Origin: an uncultured Alphaproteobacteria bacterium
GTDB taxonomy: Bacteria; Pseudomonadota; Alphaproteobacteria; Rhizobiales; Aestuariivirgaceae
Assembly (NCBI GenBank): GCA_963698275.1
Contig: CAVOQE010000006.1
Location: forward strand, 79,682 to 143,681
Direction of reading: 5' to 3'
DNA length: 64,000 bases
The position numbers and the translations under genes were made by a program. The notes beneath the pieces were generated by a model that saw only the letters and a program-made list of their open reading frames with translations, was not told where the DNA came from and made no database searches. Below are positions 17,938 through 28,732 of this stretch, piece by piece. Position 1 is the first letter of the stretch. Every line of letters begins with the position of its first letter.

Positions 17938-18801
17938 TCACCCAGAGCTGGCCAGTTGGGGTTTGCGCCCCTGCCCCTCATCAGTCACGCGAATAGGCCG
18001 GTCGTGCTGAAGTGCCGGAATCCTGGCTCTCGCAGCTGCAACCCTGGACATATCCAGCCTGGCGACAATGTATCCTTCACCATCGCCGGCGTCTGCCAGC
18101 ACCTCTCCCCATGGATCAATGATGAGAGAGTGTCCGTAGCATTCGCCGCCGCCCGATATTTTTCCGTACTGGCACGGGGCAATGACGAAGCATCCATTTT
18201 CAATGGCCCGGGCACGCTGCAGCACATGCCAATGTGCCTGACCGGTCACCTTGGTAAACGCAGCAGGCGTTGCCAGCACCTCGGCGCCCATCATGGCGAG
18301 CTGCCGATAAAGCGCTGCAAACCGCAAATCATAACAGATCGACAGCCCGATGCGGGCCCACGGCGTGTCTGCCACTATCGCCTGATCACCTGGCGATATG
18401 GTCGCTGACTCACGATAGGAGCCACCATCGAGATCCACGTCAAACATGTGAATTTTGTCATAGCGCGCGACTATCTCGCCGTCAGAGTTGATCAGGTAGG
18501 AGCGATTGGATATGCGGCCATCATGGTTTTGCACGCCGATAGAGCCGAGCAGGAACCAGACCCCAAGCTTGCGGGCAGCTTCGGCAAACGCTGGCAGCAC
18601 CGGATGATCTGCTTCAGGATAAGCGCCGGGAAGAAACAGCCCATCCCTGGTTTCCAGGCCGGAAAAATACTCAGGCGTTGCTATCAGCTGCGCCCCGTCG
18701 GCTGCGGCCGCACCGGCAAGTCGCAAGCTTGTCTCGATATTATGCCGGACATCCGGCGTGGCGCAGTTCTGAACACAGGCTATAGTGAACTTCTTGGACA
18801 T
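17938..18801 (-). CDS. Carbon-nitrogen hydrolase family amidase (Nit/omega-amidase-like)
   Basis: Glu-Lys-Cys triad contexts LIATPEYF, RYDKIHMFD, GLSICYDLRF. ATG 18801 (MSKKFTIACVQ) chosen. Confidence 0.8.
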   Translation of the reverse strand: MSKKFTIACVQNCATPDVRHNIETSLRLAGAAAADGAQLIATPEYFSGLETRDGLFLPGAYPEADHPVLPAFAEAARKLGVWFLLGSIGVQNHDGRISNRSYLINSDGEIVARYDKIHMFDVDLDGGSYRESATISPGDQAIVADTPWARIGLSICYDLRFAALYRQLAMMGAEVLATPAAFTKVTGQAHWHVLQRARAIENGCFVIAPCQYGKISGGGECYGHSLIIDPWGEVLADAGDGEGYIVARLDMSRVAAARARIPALQHDRPIRVTDEGQGRKPQLASSG

Positions 18802-18829
18802 TGCTTTGCTCCAGTGGCGGCTGTTTGCA

Positions 18830-18846
18830 ACCAATTTTATACCAAT
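18830..18846. promoter_or_regulatory. Two ACCAAT direct repeats, 11-bp phasing, upstream of the C-N hydrolase gene
   Basis: ACCAAT at 18830-18835 and 18841-18846 (caACCAATtttatACCAATtcg), 29-45 nt upstream of start 18801. Orientation relative to the gene is the same as the repeats at 16913-16942. Confidence 0.5.
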
Positions 18847-19015
18847 TCGGGCAGTTCGGAAGAGACTTGCAGGCCAAATCGCACAATACCCGGCCAGAAA
18901 TGGTGAACCAGCCCGGGGTGCAACTCAAAACCACTAACCCAATAACCCAAGCAGCACTCAACACTCAGTGCAAAGATCTTCATCCGCTGAATCAGGCTAA
19001 CACACCACAACTCAA

Positions 19016-19032
19016 CCAATTTTTCAAATTGG
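19016..19032. promoter_or_regulatory. Perfect inverted repeat CCAATTT-ttc-AAATTGG in the tmoX upstream region
   Basis: Read directly from the sequence. Embedded in caaCCAATTTTTCAAATTGGatc, about 155-170 nt upstream of the tmoX ATG. It shares the CAACCAATTTT core with 18828-18838. Confidence 0.45.
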
Positions 19033-19185
19033 ATCAAAATCGGTTCTATTTTGGGTTGATTTGGTTGAGGATTCAGCCAATAGTGCAAGTGATGTCGCCG
19101 CTGACGCAGACGGAACGAACATCCAAAAAGACAAATCAGCACTAGGACAGCCCGGCACGGGCTCATCAAACCCGGGAGGAATACG

Positions 19186-20139
19186 ATGAAGATTACAAAA
19201 CTGCTGGCCACTTCGGCCATTGTTGCCGCCAGCTTGGCGTTTACACTACCGGCTTACGCAGAAGCAGAATCTGATGATCCAATTATCATGGTCCAAAACA
19301 ACTGGACCAGCCAGCTGGTGCTGTCATTTGTTGTCGGCAAGACACTTGAAGGCATGGGCTACACGGTCGAGTATGCCCCGTCGGACTCTCAGCTGCAGTT
19401 CAAGGCCATCGCCGATGGTGACATGCATTTCCAGGTGGAAGCCTGGGAAGGGTCCATGAAGACCGCTTTTGAAAAGGCTGTTGCCGAAGACGGCATGGTT
19501 GATGCCGGGTCACATACCGCGCTTACCCGCGAAGAATGGTGGATCCCCGACTATGTTCTGGAAAAATGTCCTGAAGCCCAAAACTGGGAAGGCCTGAATG
19601 CCTGCGCGGAAATTTTCGCGACAGCAGAGACCAAGCCCAAAGGCCGCTTCGTCGGCCCGCCGGCTGACTGGGGCAAAAACTACGCCGCGCGCATTGACGC
19701 CCTGGAAATGAACTTCAAGGCAATCAATGTCGGACAGGCCGCAACCTTGTGGGCGGAACTGCAGTCTGCCTATGACCGCAAGGAGCCGATTGTGCTGTTC
19801 AACTGGACCCCGAATTTCATCGAGTTGAAATTCAAGGGCCGGTTTGTCGACTTCCCGAAACCTGAAAAAGGTTGCATGGAAGACAAGGCATGGGGACCAA
19901 ATCCCAACGCCACTGGCGATTGCGGCGCCCCCCATTCGGGCTGGCTGAAAAAGGCTGCCTGGTCAGGCCTTGCCGAAAAGTACCCGAAAGCCTGGGCCGT
20001 GATGCAGAAAATCGACTTTGACAATGCCCAGATCGCCGCTGCTGCCCTGATGGTTGATGTTGACGGGTTGTCTCCGGAAGATGCTGCCGACAAGTGGATT
20101 GCCGATAACGCAGCCGTTGTCGAGGGCTGGAAGAAATAG
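19186..20139 (+). CDS. tmoX: TMAO / glycine-betaine-type ABC transporter substrate-binding protein
   Basis: Signal peptide MKITKLLATSAIVAASLAFTLPAYA. ProX/OpuAC-like fold with a Trp-rich binding region (NNWTSQ, EAWEGS, EEWWIPDY). First gene of an X-V-W-tmm array, as described for roseobacter tmoXVW-tmm. Confidence 0.75.
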   Translation: MKITKLLATSAIVAASLAFTLPAYAEAESDDPIIMVQNNWTSQLVLSFVVGKTLEGMGYTVEYAPSDSQLQFKAIADGDMHFQVEAWEGSMKTAFEKAVAEDGMVDAGSHTALTREEWWIPDYVLEKCPEAQNWEGLNACAEIFATAETKPKGRFVGPPADWGKNYAARIDALEMNFKAINVGQAATLWAELQSAYDRKEPIVLFNWTPNFIELKFKGRFVDFPKPEKGCMEDKAWGPNPNATGDCGAPHSGWLKKAAWSGLAEKYPKAWAVMQKIDFDNAQIAAAALMVDVDGLSPEDAADKWIADNAAVVEGWKK

Positions 20140-20257
20140 GTTCACACCTCATGTGAGCAACATTTCGAGGCCGGGCTGAAGACATCTTTTGCCCGGCCTT
20201 TTCATCTGTGCAACGATAAGAAGACGATCCGGCAGGTTATCTGTCGAAGGGGACAAA

Positions 20258-21298
20258 ATGGGCGTCGACGCGCAAATCAAGTGCCGCAATATCTGGAAGA
20301 TTTTCGGGGCGGATCCGGAAGGCTTCATGCAGCGCCACAACGGCAACCCGACAGCTGATGATCTTGCCGTAGAAGGTTACATAGGGGCTGTGCGCAATGT
20401 CTCATTCGATGTCCACCAGGGTGAAATCCTCATCATCATGGGACTGTCGGGCTCCGGCAAGTCCACCATTATTCGCTGTATCACCCGTCTTAACGACCCG
20501 ACCGCGGGAGAGGTTGAGTATGAAGGACGCGATCTGCTCAAAGCGACACCGCGGGAACTGATCGATATCCGCCGCCACAAGATGGGCATGGTGTTCCAGA
20601 GCTTTGGCCTGCTGCCGCATCGCACGGTTCTGTCGAACGTCGCCTTCCCGCTTGAGGTACAAAATCTAGATCAGCTGGACCGTGAAAAACGCGCCATGGA
20701 AATGATCGAGCTTGTCGGCCTGGGCGGCAGGGAGAACTACTTCCCGCGCGAACTGTCCGGCGGCCAGCAGCAACGGGTCGGCATCGCGCGTTCGCTCGCT
20801 GTCGAGCCGGACATCTGGTTTCTCGATGAACCTTTTTCCGCACTCGACCCGCTGATCCGGGCGGAAATGCAGGACGAGTTCATTCGCCTGCAGCAAATGC
20901 TGAAAAAAACCATTGTGTTCATCACCCACGATTTTGAAGAAGCCACCAAGCTGGCTGACCGCATCGGCATCATGAAGGCCGGCGAGATGGTGCAGCTGTG
21001 CACACCGGAAGAAATGGTGCTTAACCCGGCAGACGAGTACGTGGCGGAATTCGCCCGTAATGCACCGCGCGACCGAATTGTTTCCGCCGCGGCGATCATG
21101 AAAAAATCCACGGCGAAAACACCCAGCAAAGTTTCAGGTGCTTGCGTCCTGGCAAACACCAAAATCGGCGCGATCGCAGAACAGGTCATCAGCTCGGACA
21201 AGCCGACACCTGTCACGGACGCAGACGGATATGTGCTTGGCCACGTGAGCCGGGAGCGTATTACAAAAGCCCTGTTTGGCAAGGGTGAGATTGTATGA
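20258..21298 (+). CDS. tmoV: ABC transporter ATPase (ProV-like) with C-terminal CBS-like tail
   Basis: Walker A GLSGSGKST, signature LSGGQQQRV, Walker B IWFLDEPFSALD. ATG 20258 chosen. Its stop overlaps the next start (ATGA). Confidence 0.85.
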   Translation: MGVDAQIKCRNIWKIFGADPEGFMQRHNGNPTADDLAVEGYIGAVRNVSFDVHQGEILIIMGLSGSGKSTIIRCITRLNDPTAGEVEYEGRDLLKATPRELIDIRRHKMGMVFQSFGLLPHRTVLSNVAFPLEVQNLDQLDREKRAMEMIELVGLGGRENYFPRELSGGQQQRVGIARSLAVEPDIWFLDEPFSALDPLIRAEMQDEFIRLQQMLKKTIVFITHDFEEATKLADRIGIMKAGEMVQLCTPEEMVLNPADEYVAEFARNAPRDRIVSAAAIMKKSTAKTPSKVSGACVLANTKIGAIAEQVISSDKPTPVTDADGYVLGHVSRERITKALFGKGEIV

Positions 21299-23469
21299 AC
21301 AGTGCGATAACAGACATCGGCAAATCGCCACCCTCCAGTGTTTCGGGCCTGAATTCGTTCTGGGTTCAGATGGCTGGCATGATCTGTTTTACCGTACTGG
21401 TGAGCCTGGTGCTCGACTTCATGAAAATCTGGCCGCAGGAATGGATCATTCCAATCAAGGAATGGATCACCGTGTTCTTCACCTGGCTCGACAAGGAAGC
21501 CGCTATAGGTCCGCTGCAATTCAAGACCGTGACCCGATCCATTTCGTGGCTGCTCGAGCAGCCACTGGATTGGGCAGAATACATCTTGTACCGCGGCATC
21601 AAGGCCAAGCAGTTCCCAGCGATCTTTTGGATGTTTGTTCCGGTCATCGGCATGGCCGTGTTGCACAAGCGATTTGGCCTGCAGAAATGCCTGCTTGCCG
21701 TGGTCGCCATCTGGGCGGTTACGCTGGCTGACAATGTTCTGTTTCAAACAGGTCTGTTCGGGTTGCCGGCTACGGTTCTGGATGCACTCGGCGTCAAGAA
21801 GCTGGATGCGCTTCCCTGGGTGGTGATCGTTGCCGGCGCCGGTATTCTCGGACACTGGATTGGCGGCTGGAAGCTGGCTCTGTTTTCCGCCGGCTGTATC
21901 GGCTATCTGGCTGTCATGGGCCTGTGGCGCGACTCCATGAAAACGTTCTCCATCGTTGCGGTTTCGGTGCCGTTTGCGGTGGTTCTCGGCCTGGGCCTGG
22001 GCATCTGGGCGACCCGCTCAAAACGGGCCGCTGCAGTTATCTCGCCGATGTTCGACATCATGCAGGCAACCCCGCACATGGCCTATCTGGTCCCGGTGGT
22101 CGTGTTGTTTGGCGCCGGCCAGGTGCCGGCCATGATTGCGACGGTGATCTTTGCCATGCCGCCCATGGCCCGGTGCACCATACTGGGCATTCAGACGGTC
22201 TCCAGCGACGTGGAAGAGTCCGGCCGGATGTCGGGTTGCACGCCGCGACAGCTGCTGTGGAAAGTCACGCTGCCCTCGTCGCAGCGCGTCCTCATGCTGG
22301 GCGTCAACCAGGTCGTCATGCAGACGCTGGCCATGGTGGTGATTGCATCCATGGTCGGGGCTCAGGGCCTGGGCCACAAGCTGCTCTTTTCCCTGCAGCA
22401 GCTGCGTCTTGGCGCTGCTGTTGAGCAAGGTCTCGCCATCGTCCTGATGGCGGTGGTGCTCGACCGCCTGACCCAGGCCTATGCGAACCGGGCACCCGGT
22501 GAACTGGCGTCGCGTGAGACAGGCTGGAAAGCCAGAAAGCATCTGTGGCTTTTCCTTGCTGTTACAGTCGGTGCCTACATCCTGGCACAGATTGTTCCCA
22601 TGGTGGAGAAGTATCCAAGAGCCCTTACCTTCACGCTTGGCCGCGACATCGATTTTGCCCTGCGCGCGTTTTCCAAACACGCCTATGACTACATCAGTCC
22701 GGTGCGGGATTTCATAACCGTTTACATGCTGATCCCGTTCCGCGATTTTTTCCTGTGGTTGCCGTGGAGCACCGTGATCGGCGTTGTCGGCCTCACCGCC
22801 TACTGGCTCGGCGGCATACGCACCACCTTGTTGACCACCAGCCTTATCAGCGTTGTCATCCTTATTACCGGCAACTGGGAACAGGGCATGCTGACGCTCT
22901 ATCTCGTCACCTCTGCTGTCATCCTGTGCATACTTATCGGCGTGCCGATCGGTATCTGGGCCTCGCGGTCGGAGCGGGCCGCGCGCCCCATCATGGCAAC
23001 CTGCGATACACTGCAGACGTTTCCATCCTTCATCTACCTGATCCCGGTGATCATGCTGTTGAAGGTCGGCGATCTGTCCAATGTCATCGCCATCCTGGCC
23101 TATGCCACCGTCCCTGCGGTGCGCTACACATATCTCGGCATCAAGCGCATTCCGGAAGTCACCATCGAAGCATCCATCGCCAACGGGACAACCCCGTTCC
23201 AGCGCCTGTGGAAAGTGGAACTGCCGATTGCGCTGCCTGAAATCATGCTCGGCATCAACCAGACCATCATGATGGCGCTGGCCATGACGGCGATCACCGC
23301 GCTGATCGGATCCTCCGACCTTGGCCAGGAAATCTACCGGGCCCTGCCGACCGCCGATTCCGGTCGCGGCATCATGGCCGGTCTTGGCATCGCCGTTATC
23401 GGCATTGTCGCCGACAGGCTCATTCAGGCCTGGGCAGCAGAACGCAAGAAACAATTGGGCATAAACTAA
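21295..23469 (+). CDS. tmoW: ABC transporter permease, duplicated/fused ProW-like domains (724 aa)
   Basis: Many TM helices and two BPD-type permease cores, with two EAA-like loops (around [15 protein letters not shown] and [16 protein letters not shown]). Confidence 0.8.
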   Translation: MNSAITDIGKSPPSSVSGLNSFWVQMAGMICFTVLVSLVLDFMKIWPQEWIIPIKEWITVFFTWLDKEAAIGPLQFKTVTRSISWLLEQPLDWAEYILYRGIKAKQFPAIFWMFVPVIGMAVLHKRFGLQKCLLAVVAIWAVTLADNVLFQTGLFGLPATVLDALGVKKLDALPWVVIVAGAGILGHWIGGWKLALFSAGCIGYLAVMGLWRDSMKTFSIVAVSVPFAVVLGLGLGIWATRSKRAAAVISPMFDIMQATPHMAYLVPVVVLFGAGQVPAMIATVIFAMPPMARCTILGIQTVSSDVEESGRMSGCTPRQLLWKVTLPSSQRVLMLGVNQVVMQTLAMVVIASMVGAQGLGHKLLFSLQQLRLGAAVEQGLAIVLMAVVLDRLTQAYANRAPGELASRETGWKARKHLWLFLAVTVGAYILAQIVPMVEKYPRALTFTLGRDIDFALRAFSKHAYDYISPVRDFITVYMLIPFRDFFLWLPWSTVIGVVGLTAYWLGGIRTTLLTTSLISVVILITGNWEQGMLTLYLVTSAVILCILIGVPIGIWASRSERAARPIMATCDTLQTFPSFIYLIPVIMLLKVGDLSNVIAILAYATVPAVRYTYLGIKRIPEVTIEASIANGTTPFQRLWKVELPIALPEIMLGINQTIMMALAMTAITALIGSSDLGQEIYRALPTADSGRGIMAGLGIAVIGIVADRLIQAWAAERKKQLGIN

Positions 23470-23483
23470 GGAGAGCAAAACCG

Positions 23484-24824
23484 ATGTCAAAAAGAGTAGC
23501 CGTTATTGGTGCCGGTCCGTCCGGTCTGGCACAGCTGCGCGCCTTCCAGTCTGCTGCAAAAAAAGGTGCCGATATTCCGGAAATAGTCTGTTTCGAAAAG
23601 CAGGACAACTGGGGCGGGTTGTGGAACTACACCTGGCGCACCGGACTGGATGAATATGGTGAGCCGGTACATTGCTCGATGTATCGCTATCTCTGGTCAA
23701 ACGGCCCCAAGGAAGGTCTGGAATTTGCCGACTATTCCTTCGAGGAACATTTCGGCAAGCAGATTGCTTCCTATCCGCCGCGCGCCGTCCTGTTCGACTA
23801 TATTCAGGGCCGCGTGGAGAAGGCGGATGTGCGCAAGTGGATCAGGTTCCGCACACCTGTGCGTCATGTCGAATGGGATGCAGCAGCAGCTAAGTTCAAC
23901 GTTACATCACATGACCTCATAAACGACAAGGTGACCACCGAAGCCTTCGACAATGTCGTGTGCTGCAGCGGCCATTTCTCGACGCCGAACGTGCCTCACT
24001 TCGACGGCCTGGATCGCTTCAATGGCCGGGTACTGCACGCGCATGACTTCCGCGATGCGATGGAGTTCAAGGACAAGGACATCCTCATCATCGGCACGTC
24101 CTATTCAGCCGAAGACATAGGCTCACAATGCTGGAAGTACGGCGCCAAATCGATCACCGTCAGCCACCGGACCGCCGCCATGGGATACGACTGGCCGGAC
24201 AATTGGCAAGAGGTTCCGCTTCTGACCAAGGTCGACGGCAACACATGCACGTTCAAGGACGGGACAACGAAGGATGTCGACGCCATTATCCTGTGCACCG
24301 GTTATCAGCATTACTTCCCGTTCATGGCGGAAGATCTGAAACTGCATACCGCCAATCGTCTGGCCACGGCTGATCTCTACAAAGGTGTGGCCTTTGTTCA
24401 CAACCCGGCGCTGTTCTATATCGGCATGCAGGACCAGTGGTTCACGTTCAACATGTTTGACGCGCAAGCCTGGTGGGCGCGTGATGTCATTATGGGGCGT
24501 ATCGCCCTGCCCGACAAAGCCGCCATGCAGGCAGACGTCGAAGACCGGGTAACCCGTGAAGATGCCAATGAGGACGACTATGCCTGCATTCGGTATCAGG
24601 GCGACTATGTGAAGGAACTGATCGCGGAAACCGACTATCCGAGCTTTGATGTGGATGGTGCCAATGAGGCCTTCTTCCAGTGGAAAAAGCACAAGAAGCA
24701 GAACATCATGACCTTCCGCAACAACAGCTACAAATCAGTGATCACCGGCACCATGGCACCTGCCCATCACACACCGTGGAAAGATGCACTCGACGATTCA
24801 CTTGAGTCGTACCTGGAGAACTGA
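23484..24824 (+). CDS. tmm: Trimethylamine monooxygenase (bacterial flavin-containing monooxygenase)
   Basis: FAD site GAGPSGL, FMO motif [18 protein letters not shown] site [10 protein letters not shown]-terminus [19 protein letters not shown]...[13 protein letters not shown] is typical of Tmm. AAGGAG SD present. Confidence 0.85.
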   Translation: MSKRVAVIGAGPSGLAQLRAFQSAAKKGADIPEIVCFEKQDNWGGLWNYTWRTGLDEYGEPVHCSMYRYLWSNGPKEGLEFADYSFEEHFGKQIASYPPRAVLFDYIQGRVEKADVRKWIRFRTPVRHVEWDAAAAKFNVTSHDLINDKVTTEAFDNVVCCSGHFSTPNVPHFDGLDRFNGRVLHAHDFRDAMEFKDKDILIIGTSYSAEDIGSQCWKYGAKSITVSHRTAAMGYDWPDNWQEVPLLTKVDGNTCTFKDGTTKDVDAIILCTGYQHYFPFMAEDLKLHTANRLATADLYKGVAFVHNPALFYIGMQDQWFTFNMFDAQAWWARDVIMGRIALPDKAAMQADVEDRVTREDANEDDYACIRYQGDYVKELIAETDYPSFDVDGANEAFFQWKKHKKQNIMTFRNNSYKSVITGTMAPAHHTPWKDALDDSLESYLEN

Positions 24825-24827
24825 ACC

Positions 24828-25622
24828 ATGAACAGGCTGGCAGGCGTACAATGGTTTGCCAGCCGATTGTTCCTGTCCCTGATCGCTGCTGCCTGTCTCT
24901 TTTTGACGGTAGCACGGGCACAGCAGGTAGACCTGGAAATCGTGCTGGCAATGGACGGGTCAGGCAGCATCAGTTCCGACGAATTTCAATTGCAGGTCAT
25001 AGGGACGGCAGCGGCACTCAGGGACGCGAGCGTCCAGCATGCAATTCTTTCCGGACCGACGGGGAGTGTGGCGATCGCCGCCGTCATCTGGTCCGATGCG
25101 GCGTTCCCGAAATATCCAACCGAGTGGCATCTGCTGAACTCACCCCAGTCGATTGATGCGTTCGCACAAAGACTGCTCAGTTTCAACAATCCGGCAAATG
25201 CCGGCAAGCGCCAGGGCAAGGGCGGCGGCGGAACCGGTATCGGCGACGGCATTGTCTATGCACTGGAAATGATCCGCAGCAACAGGTTCAACGGAGCCCG
25301 CAAGGTCGTGGACGTTTCAGGCGACGGGGTCGAAACCGACCCCTGGTTCGAGAAGGCCTTCACCCTGCCCGATGCGCGCGACCTCGCCCGGGCACAAGGC
25401 GTGACGATCAACGGCCTTGCCATTCTCACCGACAATTGGAAGCTGCATCAGTATTATCGAGCTGAAGTCATCTCGGGGCCCGGCGCGTTCGTGGTCAAGG
25501 CGGTGAACTTCGATGCCTTTGCTGTGGCAATCCGCAACAAGCTGCTGCGAGAGATGTCGCCGGTGATCACGATGAATCCGGAGAACGAAAATCTGCAACA
25601 GACCGCAAACAATCGATACTAG
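24828..25622 (+). CDS. DUF1194 (vWA-like) secreted protein
   Basis: Signal peptide. MIDAS-like LAMDGSGSISSDEF. Family-typical VVDVSGDG, GVTINGLAI and ISGPGAFVV. Starts 3 nt after the tmm stop, with GGAGAA inside the tmm 3' end. Confidence 0.8.
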   Translation: MNRLAGVQWFASRLFLSLIAAACLFLTVARAQQVDLEIVLAMDGSGSISSDEFQLQVIGTAAALRDASVQHAILSGPTGSVAIAAVIWSDAAFPKYPTEWHLLNSPQSIDAFAQRLLSFNNPANAGKRQGKGGGGTGIGDGIVYALEMIRSNRFNGARKVVDVSGDGVETDPWFEKAFTLPDARDLARAQGVTINGLAILTDNWKLHQYYRAEVISGPGAFVVKAVNFDAFAVAIRNKLLREMSPVITMNPENENLQQTANNRY

Positions 25623-25630
25623 GGCACAAC

Positions 25631-28015
25631 CTAAGACCGCGGCCGTGTTTTCTTGGGATCGTAATGCGCAAACGGCACTATGGTGGCCGGCAGGCGTTTC
25701 TGGTGACCGTCCAGCTTGCCTACTTCCACCTTTGTTCCGATTTCGGCATGCACCACATCAACCCGCGCCAGCGCAATGTTCTTTTTAAGCATGGGGGATC
25801 GCATGGAGGACGTGATCTCGCCGATCTGGGCACGACCGACGTGCACACAATCGCCATGCCCGACATCCACCGAGCTGTCTATGTCCAGCCCGACCAGCTT
25901 GCGCGACGGGGTTTCCTTGCGCCGGATAAGCGCATCACGTCCGATGAAGTCATCGGTTTTACTTTTCAGCGGAACCGTAAAGCCGATACCGGCTTCAAAC
26001 GGATCGGTCTGGTCAGAAAAATCATTACCGGCGAATATCAACCCGGCCTCAATGCGCACCATGTCCAGGGCTTCAAGCCCCATCGGTGTCAGACCGTGTG
26101 GCTCACCCGCTGCCCAAAGTGCCTCAAACACCGTCTCGGCGTGTTTGGGATGGCACCATATTTCATAACCCAGCTCGCCGGTGTAGCCGGTGCGAGACAC
26201 CACAATCGGTACGCCCTGATCGTCTCCCACACGCCCGACCGTAAAGCGAAACCATTCCAGTTCACCGATCGCCGGTTGATGCGGCGGGGTCCAGACGAAT
26301 TTCTTCAGTATGTCCCGGCTTTCGGGGCCTTGCACGGCGACATTGTGCATCTGGTCGGTTGACGACCGTATATTGACGTTCAGGCCCAGCTTGCCGGCCA
26401 CTTCGCGCAGCCAGACACCACCGTAATCGTCGCCACCGATCCAGCGGAAATTATCCCTGCCCAGGCGCAGCAGCGTGCCGTCATCGATCATGCCGCCGTG
26501 TTCATAACACATGGCGGAATAGACAACCTCACCAACCGCCAGTTTTGCGATATTGCGGGTCAGGGTGTATTGCATCAGCGCTTCGCTGTCCGGCCCGGTA
26601 ATCTCGAATTTACGCAGCGGCGACAGATCAACTACGACCGCTTTTTCCCGGCACGCCCAGTATTCGTCAATCGGGCCTGACTTTGAAAAACAGTTGGCCA
26701 GCCAGTATCCCTTGTACTCGACAAAATTGCGGGTGTGCTTTTCGAAGCTGGAATGGAAGGCCGTTTGCTTGGTCATTTTCGGTTCCGAATCTGGTGTCGT
26801 ACGCATGGCAATCGCGCGGGAAAACTTCTCTTCGCCTGAATAGGTGCGCACGTGAATGTCTGTGGGGTTCCATCCGTTGGCGGGAGATGTGTCATCAGGA
26901 CAGGCGGACGTTACACAAATCAAATCGGTCAGCGCCCGCAACAGCACATAGTCCCCGGGCCGTGACCAGGGTTCGTCGCTGAACAGCACGCCTTGTTCGT
27001 CAATGCCGGTATTGAAGAAAAAATTGATCGCCATCCACCCGGCCCGGGCAGTGACGCCGTGTTCAGCCAGCACGCCGTTGAAGTTGTCGGAACAATTGAC
27101 ATGCCCCGGATACCCGATGTCATCATAGTATTTCGCGGCACAGGCCAGCGCGAACGCATCATGCCTGCCGACCGTATCCTGAACCACCTCAACCAGCGGC
27201 AGCATGTCCTGGTCGTAGTATTTGGCATGCAGGCCGGGCATCGGATAGGCATGGCCCATCAGCGCACGCGTGGTGGTGACGTCAAGCGGATGCTCAGTTC
27301 CCTTGTCCAGTTTGCGTGCTGAAAAACACTGGAAATCCGTGCACTGGCGCCCGTCCACATCCAGAACCTGAATGAAGTCGCCGGCTTTCACAAAGTAGGT
27401 TTCAGCTGTCTCGGTGTGAACGCGAAGATCAAGCACAGGATCAGCCAACGGGTCGGGCAGTTCGAATTTCACATGGGACTTGACGACAGCCCTTGTCACC
27501 ATCACCGTCAGCGGAGTTGAGGTATCCTGGGCTTCCATGTCCATGGCGCCGCCGGGTGCTGCAATGACAACCACGCCATCGCGCTGAGCGGACAGTTCAA
27601 TTTCCTCGCCGTGGCGGGTCCGGGCATTGAAACAACTGACCGCTCCCGCGCCGGCAAGATCAATATTTCGGCTTTCCAGCCCCATGCGCAGGCCGCGCAG
27701 ACTGTGGTCTGGTCCGGCCAGCAGCGCCTTCAGACCGGCCGCATCCGAGTTTGGCTTTTTGCCGAGCATGCCTGCATCAATATTGCCGGTTGTGTCTGCG
27801 GCGACGATTTCGCAAACCTGACCGCCCTCGTCGTTGATGACGGTGAACCTGTCGCCCTGCTCCACCGGAATCAGTACAGCGCCTGCACCTTGCACAACAT
27901 ATCGTTCGGTGCCTGGCGGCATGGAAAAAACCCCAGGCTGAATGATACTACTCGGAACCGGCGGTCCCGCTTTTACAACCGGATATGCGGTTTCCAGCAT
28001 GCTTTGTTTCCTCAC
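25631..28015 (-). CDS. tdm: Trimethylamine-N-oxide demethylase (DUF1989 + GcvT aminomethyltransferase fusion)
   Basis: The N-terminal half is DUF1989-like (VLDVDGRQCTDFQCF..., DIGYPGHVNCSDNF). The C-terminal half is a tetrahydrofolate-binding GcvT domain (VSRTGYTGELGYEIW, MVRIEAGL). At about 790 aa the size matches Tdm. The start may be Met 28000. Confidence 0.85.
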   Translation of the reverse strand: MRKQSMLETAYPVVKAGPPVPSSIIQPGVFSMPPGTERYVVQGAGAVLIPVEQGDRFTVINDEGGQVCEIVAADTTGNIDAGMLGKKPNSDAAGLKALLAGPDHSLRGLRMGLESRNIDLAGAGAVSCFNARTRHGEEIELSAQRDGVVVIAAPGGAMDMEAQDTSTPLTVMVTRAVVKSHVKFELPDPLADPVLDLRVHTETAETYFVKAGDFIQVLDVDGRQCTDFQCFSARKLDKGTEHPLDVTTTRALMGHAYPMPGLHAKYYDQDMLPLVEVVQDTVGRHDAFALACAAKYYDDIGYPGHVNCSDNFNGVLAEHGVTARAGWMAINFFFNTGIDEQGVLFSDEPWSRPGDYVLLRALTDLICVTSACPDDTSPANGWNPTDIHVRTYSGEEKFSRAIAMRTTPDSEPKMTKQTAFHSSFEKHTRNFVEYKGYWLANCFSKSGPIDEYWACREKAVVVDLSPLRKFEITGPDSEALMQYTLTRNIAKLAVGEVVYSAMCYEHGGMIDDGTLLRLGRDNFRWIGGDDYGGVWLREVAGKLGLNVNIRSSTDQMHNVAVQGPESRDILKKFVWTPPHQPAIGELEWFRFTVGRVGDDQGVPIVVSRTGYTGELGYEIWCHPKHAETVFEALWAAGEPHGLTPMGLEALDMVRIEAGLIFAGNDFSDQTDPFEAGIGFTVPLKSKTDDFIGRDALIRRKETPSRKLVGLDIDSSVDVGHGDCVHVGRAQIGEITSSMRSPMLKKNIALARVDVVHAEIGTKVEVGKLDGHQKRLPATIVPFAHYDPKKTRPRS

Positions 28016-28295
28016 GCCACACGGAGATACAAGGGGCTATTTGCGTTTGCATGTGTGGAATAAAAATTTATCATAAAGAATAACGCTCGACCGTTCCCAT
28101 CACAAGCTGTTTCTAGTCTTTTCACGGCCGTTTCAGAACCGACAAGCCGATTGTCCGAGGGGATTTTGTGCTGCCATTCTGATTGCAAACACCGCCGGTT
28201 TTGCGGCAAGCTGGCATCCGGCGCACGCGCGCAAACCCACACTGCAACCAACCGTGTTCAAATCCGTGTTGACGGCAACCAGAGTAGAGAAACCG

Positions 28296-28658
28296 ATGCA
28301 AAAAATTCAACCCGATGATCGTCGTGTCGTCAACATCTACAATGATGACTTCAAACCTTTCGGCGGCGAGGCCGCCCCTTCTTCCCATGAGAGCGCCCTG
28401 CAGATAAACGCCCACGAGCAATTGGGAGTCGGGTTCCATGTCTATCGAATGCAGCCGGGAACGACCACAACGCCGCATGAGCACACACAGGACGAGGAGT
28501 TCCTGGTGCTTGAAGGTGAACTCACCGACAATGACGGTTACGTTTACAGGACAGGCGATCTGGTCTGGCTGAAAAAAGGCACGCAGCATTCTTCCCATTC
28601 GGAACACGGCGCCCTGCTCGCCGTCTATATCGGCGCCGCTGAGAAAAACCTGACATAA
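28296..28658 (+). CDS. Cupin-domain protein
   Basis: Motifs TTTPHEHTQDEEFLVLEGEL and GDLVWLKKGTQHSSHS. Internal ATG 28296 chosen. Confidence 0.6.
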   Translation: MQKIQPDDRRVVNIYNDDFKPFGGEAAPSSHESALQINAHEQLGVGFHVYRMQPGTTTTPHEHTQDEEFLVLEGELTDNDGYVYRTGDLVWLKKGTQHSSHSEHGALLAVYIGAAEKNLT

Positions 28659-28732
28659 CCATCCCGGCTGCTGTTACATGGTCAGCCGGAACCATGTACC
28701 GAGCGTGATGGCAAAGGCAGCTGATAACCGAC

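Noticed and set aside
22018-23490. 490-aa minus-strand ORF, plus 20737..21855 (372 aa), antisense to tmoV/tmoW
   Set aside because: Both are embedded in ABC transporter genes that carry clear Walker and permease motifs. Their composition is extremely Arg/Gly/Asp/His-rich with no membrane or enzyme signature.
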